A stretch of 64,000 bases of DNA. Source: Dicyema japonicum. Its lineage: Eukaryota; Animalia; Dicyemida. The stretch covers positions 493,455-557,454 of the forward strand of contig RDEW01000011.1 of NCBI GenBank assembly GCA_011109175.1, read 5' to 3'. Positions 24,995-36,499 of this stretch are shown here, piece by piece (the stretch's first letter is position 1; every line of letters starts with the position of its first letter). The notes under the pieces are model-generated. The model saw only the letters and a program-made list of their open reading frames with translations. It searched no databases and was not told the DNA's origin. The position numbers were made by a program, and so were the translations under genes.

Positions 24995-27772
24995 ATGGAC
25001 AATTTATTTGTTGAGGGCAACCCCGACTCCCTCTTCCTAAACCTTAACAAAATTGGACAGGGAAATTACGGATCTGTCTTCCAGGTGTTTCATTGATTTG
25101 ATGAAGGGATTGTATACCAAGACCAAGGAGGTTGTTGCAGTGAAACAAATCAAGGTTAATTGGAAGCAATCAAGAGAAGTTTCATTTTAGTATATTTTTA
25201 GAAATTGTCGTTGTATTTTAAGGAAATTGAGGTCCTTAAAGAGTTAGATCATCCCAGCATAGTTCAGTTCTTGGGGGCTTACAAATCTGGCGACTACGTC
25301 TGGGTTGTATTGATTTTTTGATGTGTAGATGGTCATGAATTACTGTATAGGATCCTTTGCAGATCTCCTTGACAGTATTCTGGTCACTAATATTCAGCTT
25401 TAAAGTCTTCCTTAGTCCTCGTCGAGATTGTCGTCACTTCAATGGCCGTTTTGAAAGGTCTGGACTACCTTCATGGCAAAAATATTATACACAGAGACAT
25501 TAAAGGAAGCAATATTCTTTTAACAGACAAGGATTGGTTCAAATTGGTAATATAAATTCTCATTTTTAACCATCAAAGCTGATTTTGGTACTATTTCGGA
25601 TAAGATTCCCTGCAAATCCTTTGTAGGTACTCCCTACTGGATTGCCCCGGAAATAATACATGCAATGGACACTGGCTTTTATGATCAGAAAGTGGATATT
25701 TGGTCATTCGGAATCACGTGCATAGAACTGGGTTTTTGACAGTTTAATAGCCCCCAGCCGAATTAAAACCACCACTTCACCAATTAAATTCTATGAGTGC
25801 ACTCTACAGAATCGCACAGGGGGAACCACCGAAATTGAAGAATCCCATCGAATGGAGTCCAGAATTTGAAGATTTCTTGTCTAAGGCCCTACAGAAATCA
25901 CCTTCCAAAAGATCCTCTGCCGAAGCGCTTCTTGAAGTTGGATTTGTCGTCAATTTTAGCACCAATTCTTGGAAATAGACGTAGATCATCAGCAAGTCAT
26001 TGTTGACCTTATTACGAGAGTCAAGGAGGTGTCCCAATGCCATCCTCACATTGACGTGAATGACATTTTATCAGATACTTCGGATGACAAAGTTTGTTTC
26101 CAGAATAATTTCTAAAGCTCAAATATCTCGAATCTGAAAATCTTTCTTCGGTTATTACTGCCTTTGAGGAGGCCTTGGATTCGTTTAAAATTGATGTGGA
26201 TTTACGTGTAATTGCTGTTCGTAAATTTAGGTTTCTTGCCTGATCGATCTTGTGGAGAAATGCCACGATGAGAAACAATATATAAAGAAAAAACGTTCAT
26301 TCAAAAAAGACCTTGAAGACTTTAGAAAACTAAGGCAGGAACTGAATATTGAATATAACGAAGTTCCTGTTTAACCTATAATTATAAAGGTTGATTCAAA
26401 GACCAAAAGCTCGGAGATTGTGCTTAAAACTGAGTTTAACAAGGTTTTTGAGTCACTGTGTGAATCATATGGAAAATCGACCGGCAAATTACTGGGAAAA
26501 CATAAAATTACGTTTGAAAGTCACGTTAGCCCAATAATAAGCATTTTTGTAGAATAAGAAACATAATGACGAAATGAAAAAACTATTAAATTCCACGATG
26601 CGAGAAATGAACCAAAAAATATCGAATTTCAAATCGGCCCAGAAAAAAGAGCTAAAATCAAAGAAAAGCAAAATTGTTTTAATTTATTGATAATTTTAAG
26701 GGGAATCGTTTAAATAGTGTAAAGAATTTGTACGACGAAAAGGTTCAAATGATGAACAAAATTTACAATTATGAAAAGGATCTGAAAGTGGAATGTGCCC
26801 AAACGTTGTACCAAATGCAGTCCGCCATGATTGCAGATAAGCGATTTCAAATCGAAGAAATGATGACAGAGGCTGTTTAGTTGGTTCATTTTTCAGATGA
26901 GGGTACATTATGAGACCAGTTTTGTTCAATTGACCAAAACTCTGTTGCTTCAATGCCAACATCTTTCTTCCTTTGAAAACGATAGTTTTAAGCTTTTGAA
27001 GACCTTGAACATAGAGCAGTTGGATAAAATACAAAATATGGAAAAGCAAAATCAAAAAATGTATTTCGAAAAATCTCTGAAGGATCGGGAAACTGAGTAT
27101 GTAGAAAAGTGGACAATTCTGTCAAAATTGCTGAAGGTGGGTGTATTAATGATTTTTGTAGAAAGAGGCAAATCATCTGAATAAGTATACTACCAAATTC
27201 TGCAGTGATTTAAAAAAGAATCATACTTTTGTTGAAAGTGAGGACAAAAAGAAGCTCTGTCGAGCCGACTATAAGGCGATTGTTTCAGAAAAAAAGAAAA
27301 GGCTAGAAGAAGGCATTTCAAGAATACAGAAACAATCCCAGTCTGCCATCGAATACATTGAAACTGAGTCACGTGTTAGTAACGAGTTTGATATTTTAGT
27401 CCCTATTAAAGCATGCCTACGAACAGTCAGTAGCCGAAATCGAAAGGATTCATCAATCGGGGATGGAGTCCTTCGAACATTATCAAAAGTGTTTGAGGAA
27501 TGATTTGAGCCGAACTAATGACCAAATGGAAAAAGAATATCAAATCTGTTCTTACATTAGAAAAACTTTGATAAATGAAAAAGTATTTTGTTTCTAATGG
27601 ATTTCAGATTAACTCTGAGAGTGTAAAATGGAAGGAGCACAAGATTGGATTTTATAAAGATTCATTTGTTCAGTTGGATGAAGAACAGAGAGGATTTCTG
27701 AATGTGAGGGACGATACCATTAACTCTTACAACACTCCTGTGAAAGTCTCTTCTTCATCTGATGATAATTAA
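24995..27772 (+). CDS. TAOK: TAO-family (STE20 group) Ser/Thr kinase with C-terminal coiled coil
   Basis: Spliced translation: [84 protein letters not shown]; introns 25085-25106, 25179-25201, 25304-25328, 25375-25397, 25732-25757, 25937-25959; downstream exon structure only approximate. Confidence 0.9.
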
Positions 27773-27899
27773 ATGATTTAATTATCGTATAAATTTGAGG
27801 ATTTAAAGATTATTTGTATTTGAATAAAATTTTTTTTCCATTTTCACTTTTAAATGTTTTTGACGACTCTTCAATGTTTGGATCAAATTTGTATCCTTG

Positions 27900-28130
27900 C
27901 CGCGTGGCTTCATGTGCTATGAGGCTACTTGGTCAAAATTATTTTCCTTCCCTCTGTCTCTTGTCCCCCAAAGATCCACCTTACTAAGGAGACTCCTAAT
28001 TCCTGGCCATCATCAAGAGGATTCAACTATTTTCCCCGGGGACAATGTCGCTACCTGGAGAAAAGTTCTGGAACGCTGGAACGAGTTAAGATCAATGGGT
28101 TAGTTAGTTTGGTTACCCCTAGTCTTTGGA
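27900..28130 (+). mobile_element. SINE family 2-related diverged element
   Basis: Starts ccgcgtggcttcatgtg, has a CT-rich tract, gatccacc and a ttagttagtt 3' motif. Confidence 0.45.
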
Positions 28131-28209
28131 ATAACTATTTTTTTGATGACTCAATGTTCAATAATTTTACTCAGAAGGCTTTCTCAATGCAATTCCTGTT
28201 CGTAAGCTT

Positions 28210-28590
28210 TCTTGGCTGAACGATGACTTCGGACCTGACATTTGTGGATTTGACTCCGAAAGGTAGACTTTTCAGCCATGGTCAATTCTCGTCAAACGGG
28301 CGACGAGTCCTAGCACGACAAAGTTGTTGAAAGAGATCTTCCCCTGACCATATCCACTGGTGTAAATTAACATTATGAAAATCCTTCCGCCCAAGAGTGG
28401 GGTGATTAAGACCTGTGATAAAAATGGAAGTCGACGGATTTACTTCTCCACCTCTCTTCTGAAGTGGAAGCCTGTAATTGACTATTGGAGGATGGATTTG
28501 GTCGGCACAAGGGTTCCTTCCTTGGATTACTTAGTTGTGACTGTTTGTGTTGGGCTTACCAAAGATTGTAAGTCTTAATAAATAAAAATG
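28210..28590 (+). mobile_element. tRNA-derived SINE family 1, near full length
   Basis: tggctgaacg head, degenerate B box, gcgacgagtcc, ctattggaggatggattt, ttccttggattacttagtt and A-rich tail. Confidence 0.8.
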
Positions 28591-29399
28591 CATTTCCTTC
28601 GCTTTCCAGAGAGGGAACAGCAATGTAGCAAGGGCTTTGGTTTCCTAATTTTTCTCAAGTGACTGATTTTTAAATGAATAATTTAGTTTTACTTATATTG
28701 GTTATTATTCCCGCTGTCTCAATTGACGAGGTGTCGTCTCTTATGGTGCCAATCGAGATCAACTGTAGAGGCCACAAGGTTTTGCAAACGTCATGAGTTT
28801 TGAGTGTAATTAGACATCCCTTGTTCCCAGAAAAGACAGACTTTTTACCTATCGCTCCAATTGTCTCGGCAGAAATCGCACGGAACGCTAACCTGTCCTT
28901 TACAATTAGTTTTGTAGAGTATTCTCTTTCAAAAGTAGCAAGAGTTCGCTTAATTCAGCCTAATTTCAGCAAAAATTGTTATAGTTGTGTTCACTGCTTT
29001 ATTTAATCTTTAAATTTATTGAATTAATGAATGAATTATTATCAAGGAATTAAGTAAAGTTTAAGATTAGGGACAGATAAATAACATGAGTCTTGCCTTC
29101 TAGACTTTGGACTCTTTACTGGGGTCCCTTAGGTCACTGCTAAAAACGTGTCAGAATCACATAATTATTTAGTTTGGTGGGTATCGGTGTTGGCTTGCAT
29201 TTCAGGGTTGATGAGACCCTCACGAACAGAGATGGTTTGAGTATGGTCATCGTCCGCGGTAATGCCCACTGTATCTTGGCAGCTGGAACATAATTTGTTA
29301 CTAATGTCATTTTTCTGTTTCCGAATAAAGATTAACCACCAAAATGTTGGTTTGGTTCTTCCGTGATCTATGAAATTTTTCTTTCATTTAATCTACTGT

Positions 29400-30060
29400 T
29401 TGATATTACGGTGTCCCCAACAGACCACACTGTGAATCAGACTCGCAGTGCTTAGAGTTAGCAACCCCGTAGACATCTCTCTCCCTGCTTATCTTTGTCG
29501 TTAATGACCTGTAACACCCTTGTCATAAGGATTCTACAGTCTCTTCTTGAATTCTCTACTGACCAAGACGCCGGTCATGCTCGTGAGGCCTGGAGGCGTA
29601 CCTATCAGTTGTCTTCACCTTCCATGCTCTCTATGGGCTCTGGATGATGCTTTATGCCGAAAGACTTTGAAGATCTGCTGGTGTCATCTAACCAACATCA
29701 CCATGCCTGTTTGTTGTTGAGGGCGTCTAACGAGAGCGGTGCCTGGCTCAACGCCATTCTCATTGGGGTTTTGGGTGCCTTTCTGGTTGACGAATGCTTC
29801 TGTATTAGGATCTAATTACGACTCGGATTAAAAGTCTGTGTGCCGCATCCATGCCGATGCGGAGACCAGATCAACTGTTTTGGCCTACACCCTCTCTCCT
29901 GCAGGAAGAGTGGAGGCAGATCTCCCAGACACATGGCCTCGAACGAAGCCGTGATCATCATCCCATTTGAAACCGAAGAACCTCTTGTCAGGAACGTCAC
30001 ATGCACCGACACGTTTGCCCCTTCAACCTACTACGGAATGTTCCTCCCCATGGCGTGAAT
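29400..30060 (+). mobile_element. CRE-like retrotransposon C-terminal fragment
   Basis: ESGAWLNA, CVPHPCRCGDQINCFGLHPLSCRKSGGRSPRH zinc knuckle and NVTCTDTFAPS. Confidence 0.75.
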
Positions 30061-30443
30061 TATGTTTCCAATGCAATATTTGCAGGAGTATCTATTTCCA
30101 TTCGTAGGATATGGCCAAAGAGCCTCCATCTTGATTTCAAGATATCGATGTTCGTGAGATTCGGTGCGGTTATATAAATCGGAGTGCGAGATTTTCATTG
30201 GGTGTCGTATATTAAGTGATTTCCTTAATTGTGATTTGTGTTAGCAGCTTAAACTATGGGTTTCTTGTTTTAAAAGTCCTCCGGTTCAACAGTTGTACGT
30301 CAATATTGGTAGTACGAATGAGTTATATATCTTTACTTTCATTTTTGCCGGTAATTTCTTTTTTGTCTTCCAAATGGGTAATAACTAGGGCCATATTTTG
30401 CCATAAATGCCATTTTAAAGGAAGGGTCATTTTTATTTATGAG

Positions 30444-30662
30444 TAGGGCGAATTTTTTTAACCTAAAAATAAAAAATTTAACCTAAAAAAATTAACTTTA
30501 TTAACCTAAAAACTAAAAAAATTAACCCAAAAATTTAACTTTATAACTAAACAATAAAAACACTAAAACTTTTTGTTACACATACAAATTACATAATTTT
30601 CTAAATTTCCTGGTAGAAAATGTCTGTTGGATCTTAAAAAATTCTTTATCTCAGAGAAACAT
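30444..30662 (+). mobile_element. AT-rich MITE-like repeat with TAGGGCG terminus
   Basis: Internal part is the reverse complement of 63070-63195 and 63440-63570; the opposite terminus (TAGGGCRA) is at 62961 and 63335. Confidence 0.6.
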
Positions 30663-30849
30663 CGTTCAACCGAGCACTAAATTGGCTGACAATTCAGGAT
30701 TAATGAATACTTGGCAGGAGATATGTGTGAATTAGTCATTTTAATTATGTTTGAAATATCATTTTTTGAAGCCTTTTATTTATGTATTCTTTAGTAAATT
30801 TGTTGTCATTTCCAAATTCCAACGATTCTAAACCATCATATGCTTGTTT

Positions 30850-31290
30850 AATTGTGAAGCGTGTACTTTGGTAATAATATCTGCAATAGCGACATTATTC
30901 GGAAACCTGGAATGTTCGAATAGCTTCGGATAAGGTCACATAGACTGCTAACTAACACGTGGTTTTTGAGATTTTCTTTAGCTGTTCGAACTAGATATCC
31001 ATCATCCGCGAATGATTCGAAAATATTTTGAACTTCGATCATATTTTCTGAATAGCATGGCCTTAAGCCAGGTCCCCCATATTGTCAAATGCACACGAGG
31101 TGGAATGGCGATGTTTCTGTCTTTGAATATTAGTTTTCTTCTATTGTTCTTGTTAATTGCTGCTTGTACAGTAGCTATCATCAAATCAATTTCCGGATAA
31201 GAGTCTCTTATTTTCTCACAACAATTGTGCAATAGATGAACGCCACATGCGACATGAAATAACTTGGGTAAAGATTTTTAAGTATTTTGT
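30850..31290 (-). mobile_element. hAT-like (CGGBP1/DUF659-type) transposase fragment
   Basis: HNCCEKIRDSYPEIDLMIA...IPPRVHLTIWGTWLKA resembles the LHRxAExIR...PPxPxxTRWGTWL signature. Confidence 0.55.
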
Positions 31291-31319
31291 CAGCTAAAAC
31301 ATAAACATAAAATTTTACA

Positions 31320-33230
31320 TTATTATTATTAAAAACCAAAAATCACCGACAAATTAAATAACTACATAGCCGTCAGGTGATTCCGGCCACCTAGCCATCT
31401 CATTCTTGCTCGGTGTTCTTTCCGGGTTCCAACGCATTTCCGAATTGGCGGGGGTTTCTAACTTTTTTGGAGGATAGTAAGGATCCAGTTTTTTCACTAA
31501 TTTTTCAAAAGGTGTAGGGTTTAGAGGTGTCCAAGAAAACCTTTGCAAAGCCTACTGGCCATTTTTTGGAAGGTATTAATTTTTTTCTATATTCCTGCTT
31601 GATAGGTTGGTTCCCCATGCAGCACACCCGTAAGTTAGAGACGGTTGAATATACTGCACGTAGAGCGAGTCCAAATTTTAGTTGAAACACCCCTTATATT
31701 GTCCAAGGAGTGTTTTTACAAAATTTAGCTTTCGTTGTGCCGAAGAGATGACGTTGTCGATGTGTTTGCTGAAGGTCGTGAGTGGGTCGTAAGTTAGGCC
31801 CAGTATCTTGACCGAGTTGGTCGTGGGGATTGAGTTTCCATTTATGGTTACACATGGAGCAGAGTTTGTCAATCTTCTATTTGTTGTGAAAATTGTTGTA
31901 TAAGACTTTTCGGGAGTTGTATGTAGAATGTTCTTAACGAGCCGACAGTTCAGATCGTCCAATGAAGCTTGTATCCGGTAAACAGCAGTATTAACGCACT
32001 GGTCTTTGACTGCGACGATTATATCATCCGCATATGTCAGAACCAGAGTATCGTTACTGGTAAGGGAGGGCATGTCATTCAAGAATAGGTTGAATAGATG
32101 TGGTGACAGTGGAGATCCTTGAGGACCCCATTTGGAAGGAACTTAATCACTGATCTAGTTTTTCCAGCAGTTACTCTTCCTCTTCTTCCATTTAGGAAAT
32201 TAACGATCCATATTTTCAGGTTGTTTGGAATTTTTGACGTAAAGATCTTCCTAGTCAAAAGCTTTCTTGGGACAGTATCAAAAGCCTTTTCTATATCGAA
32301 TAGAGCATAACAAAGACTTCTAATGAGGTTTGCGCTTTAGTCCATCCTTGATGAAATTTGTAAGGCATGCGTTTCTGTGGAGTGTCCTTTTCTGAATTCG
32401 TGTTGAAAAGGTGCATCAGGAAGGTATGGTTTGATTAGACCAAGAATCAGCTTTTTCAAAAGTTTTGATGTAGCACATAGGAGAGATATTGGTCTGTATG
32501 AGGCTGGTGATCCCTTTGGTCTCCCGGGTTTCAGAATTGGTCGTATGTTTGATAGCTTCCATAAGGAATACAATTTCGTTGATTGAAAAGTTGAAAATTT
32601 TTGTGAGGGCCATGATAGCATAGGGGCCTATGTTTTTCAGAACTATTGCAGGGATTCCGTCCGGACCACAGCAATAAGTCGACTTTTGACCCTTGACCAT
32701 ATTCTGTACGTTCTCCACAGAGAGGACAATCGGGGAGGTGGCTCTTTTAGGTTTGAGGGCTAGGATGGATGGACCTTCGAATTTCTTGTGTGGGATGAAA
32801 CTCGTGGAGGAGTAGTACTTCATAAGTTTGTTTAGGAAGATCTTGTTTTCCATTTCATCACGTGTGGCCGGGTTGTCAGCGTTAATAAAGCTTCTAAGTG
32901 TTTTCACATGTTTTGTAAGGGAGTTCTGCTTGTTTAAATTGGACATGAGGTTTTTCCAAACTTTCTCTTGTTTCTTCTTTGCATTGTTCCTGATCTCTCT
33001 TTCTAATGTACGAATTCTCAATCTTGTTTCCCAGGATTGTTTTTGGAGGCTTTTTAGGTAATTTCTTTCTTTATGAGTGGATCGGCTCTGGGGAAGAATT
33101 CTTTCTTGAGGTCAGTGGCCTTCTTTTAATACAAATTTTCATTCCCTTGCGTACCACTCTATTAAAATAGTGTAGTGCTTTATCGATGGAGTTGAAATTG
33201 GATAAATGAAAGTCAAGTTTTCACATAATT
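31320..33230 (-). mobile_element. I-group (Ingi/Vingi-like) LINE, 5'-truncated
   Basis: CCGPDGIP, WKLSNIRPILKPG...SYRPISLL, PQGSPLSP, YADD and LGLTYD; 3' end cggtgatttttggttttaataataataat. Confidence 0.85.
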
Positions 33231-33634
33231 TGCAGCATCCGAAATTAACAAAAGGAAATTTTCCCTGTGAACCAAATTATTTCGAAGTGCATCGTCGACT
33301 ATCTGAGTAATGATGTTCTTGTAAGGAGCAGATTCTATCGCTTAAATAATATCAGATATGTTTCAAGAGAATTTAACGATCCAATCATCACAGCAACGTA
33401 TCCTTGGCCCCTGATTTTTGTTTCATCCGTAATAGCAAAAACTTTTTGATTGCTACAAAATAAAGTAAATTTTTATTCATAAGTTTTTTGTTGAATTAAC
33501 AATTTTTAATCCACTATGATTTGATCCACACAGCTTCTAGATTTTGATGGTGAGGGAACTCGTACAGAGCCTCAGTAAAACAATTTTCTAAGCCACGGCA
33601 TAGATAGTTTGTTTAGTGGAATATCAGATTTTAT

Positions 33635-33955
33635 TTATTTTTATTATTTATTTATTAACCCCGGATACACCGAGAAAGAAGTTAAAGTAAGTTTCCACTT
33701 CTACAGAAATAGAGTCCATCCGGAATCAGCATAAAAGGTAAGACGTCCACTACATGCAGTTGTGGAAACCCTCCAGTAAAGTGGGGGAGAGCAAATGATC
33801 CTTTTTCGTGCCGGTCTGGCACTGGGCGTCACCTAGACTGGTGGATCACATGACGCCACTCTAATAGGAAGAGAGAGGAGAAACAGACAAACAAACATAA
33901 AACTTAAATCAGCACCACATGGCGCCACGCGGATATAGGCCAATCTCAAATAATA
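33635..33955 (-). mobile_element. SINE family 2, full-length copy
   Basis: 12-bp TSD ATCAGATTTTAT at 33623-33634 and 33956-33967, A-rich tail, near-identical copy at 50075-50402; no tRNA B box or ORF. Confidence 0.8.
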
Positions 33956-34424
33956 ATCAGATTTTATAAATGCTCTGGTTACTTGTAGACTCGAATCATC
34001 ATTTTTGGAATATGATGTGTGTTTGGTGCGATTCGGTCAGATAATCTACAAAAAATAATCGTTATTTCGCAAAACTCATTGAATTTTTGATGTTTTTGTT
34101 AGGCTCGATGGGAATTTACAAAATGCTTTTCTCGCATTTTATATTACACAAACAGAGTCGACAATATAGCGCACCATCCTCAAGAATCATAAATTCTTTA
34201 GGATAATCCTTTCAATGGCCTTAGCTTTAATTTGGTACAATTAGGCATGTCAGCCAAAAATTTTTAGTGGCAAAATATATTATTAATAGTTAATTTAAAA
34301 ATTAATAAATTAAATCACAAATTATAAAATAATTTTAAACCTTATATTTTTAAATTTTAACTTTTTAACCTAATAATTTTGTTTAATATACATTTATTTA
34401 TTTTTTAAGACAATAACGAGTAAA

Positions 34425-35890
34425 TCAACTAATTAAGCGTATTTTAATCCAGATTGTTGGTAATCCCTCTTCTTCTCTTAGAAGAAGAATGTGCCATAAC
34501 CTCTCTGTTACTCCGCATCTCCACATCAGATTCAGTCAAAATATCTCCGTTAGAGTCCAGTGGGCTGTCCTCACGGCATGCCAGTTCCACAAGTTGGGAG
34601 GTAGCAGAGGCGTACTCTTCATCGTATACCTTCATCCCATGCTTATGTTCAATGAGCATACTTTCGAGCGTTCTCTTCAGCACAACCGATTGGATGTGAA
34701 GTCCTCGTTGATTCTTCAATAGATAATTTATCCATATGATTCTTGAAGCATCTTGAGACAACTCCATCCCATGTCAAAACCACTGGAATAATCTTCACTT
34801 GGCATTCATAGAGCAGCGAAAGTTCATTTGCTAGCAAGTCATATTTGTGAAGTTTCTCAACTTCAACTTGCTTTAGTCGGTCTTGTGAGGTAATCCCCAC
34901 TTCAATTAAAATTACTTCCTTCTTTGTTTTGTCATACACAAAAATATCAGGTTTATTTTTTTATTTTTTTTAATCCCATAAACATTTATTTATAACAATA
35001 AAATCGTTCTAAAGTCCAGCGGATATGATCGAGTGGCTGTTACCTCTGACTACTGCCAGGGATATCCTTTGGAAAAGCCACTCGGTTTCCCGACGCTCCC
35101 TCGAGGCTTTGGTCAATAGACACCCAAGTGCTCTAAGGAAAGAGACCGTCTTGGGGCCAAAGACTCCGCTCGTCTCGACGACCACTGGCTGTACATGGAA
35201 ACGGTTTAGGAGGCTGCTGTATTTCTTTATTTTTGAGTTTTCATATAAACGGGCGGCCTCTCCCGCTTTCATTGCCGACCTCAAAAGTTTCGACTGGGAA
35301 AAGCTGTCAGTACAGGCAGCATCCCAAATTAAGCATTTGCCCCGAGAGAAGGGGAAGACAGTAATTCCATCGGGTCGCTTCCCATCATCCCTACTCAAGC
35401 CCGTTGGCTCTAGAATGGATGGGTATCCCGCCAACTCGAGGGCGCGGTCAATGTCAGGTTTATTGTATTGGACTTTTGTTTCTGTCAAAATCGACGTGTC
35501 AACTCTAATTTCGACATTTTGATTCGTCAATATTGACTGAACCGAATGTCCTTTCAATTTCCTGCTTCTTTTGATTCCATAAATTCGACAAAGATGAAGA
35601 TGGATCCACTTTACCACTTCATTATGTCTTCGGAGATAATCACTGTTTAGCATTTTACCATACTGAGTGGCCAAATGATCGACAGTCTTTGCTTTTTTGC
35701 AATGGTTGCAAATGACCCGTGTGTTCAAAAACAGAATCCTATCTTGCAAAGACAGCACAATACTTCGCTCCATGGCCGTTATTTCCTTGGATAACCATTC
35801 TGAGGAAGTAGATAGGTCGACATTTGTTTCATCAATACATTTGAACATAATTGAGTNAATCATCATGATCAATTTCTGATTGGAGTCCAA
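34425..35890 (-). mobile_element. NeSL/R2-like RLE retroelement 3' region, interrupted by a CRE insertion
   Basis: CNHC...DHLAT zinc knuckle, RRHNEVV, KPDIFVYDKTKKEVILIEVGIT...EKLHKYD...IIPVVLTWDG endonuclease motifs. Confidence 0.8.
34958..35449 (-). mobile_element. 5'-truncated CRE-like element (RLE domain) inserted with TSD
   Basis: RDDGKRPDGITVFPFSRGKCLIWDAAC...VVETSG...QRISLAVVRGN; A-rich tail; flanking repeats aatatcaggtttatt (34943-34957) and aatgtcaggtttatt (35450-35464). Confidence 0.85.
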
Positions 35891-35914
35891 TGAGGATTGA
35901 TATGCCGGGTGTGC

Positions 35915-36381
35915 TGTTTAATATTTAAAAGATTGTTTAATATTTAAAAATGTGATTTTTAATCAAAAATATTATATAAATCAAAAGTCAAATTTTTTTT
36001 TGATTGTTATTTTTTATTTATTTAATTTTTAGAGTTATTGAATAAATACGATCAACTGTTGTGCCACATTCAAATCAGGAATGTAATTGAAAATGTTCAG
36101 ACTGTTTCTAGAAAATATCCTGGTTAATTTTAGATCAACTCACGATTTTTCTAACAACAGCTTTTTATTGATTTTTTTGTCTAATAAACATTGCAAACTG
36201 CATTCTATAATTTTCATTAGTAGTAAACTTTTTTATTTTATTATTTTATATTTTAAAAAGTTTAGATTAGTTTTTTTCATATTGAAAATTTTTTTCTATA
36301 TAAATTTTTCATACAGTCAAAAAAGTCGAAATTTTGAATCTTTCAAAATTTCGTATTTATGAATTCAAAAAAATCGCCCTA
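35915..36381 (-). mobile_element. AT-rich MITE-like repeat ending in GCCCTA
   Basis: Shares blocks with 13050-13240; terminus is the reverse complement of TAGGGCG. Confidence 0.5.
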
Positions 36382-36499
36382 ATTATGACAAATTCTAGAG
36401 CGACATTTGGGGTTTTGGTGCTGTCACGTGTGCAACCCTTTGATTACTCCAATATTAAAACAGTATCAGGGATAGTGCCAAATCTACTTTTTGGGATTT

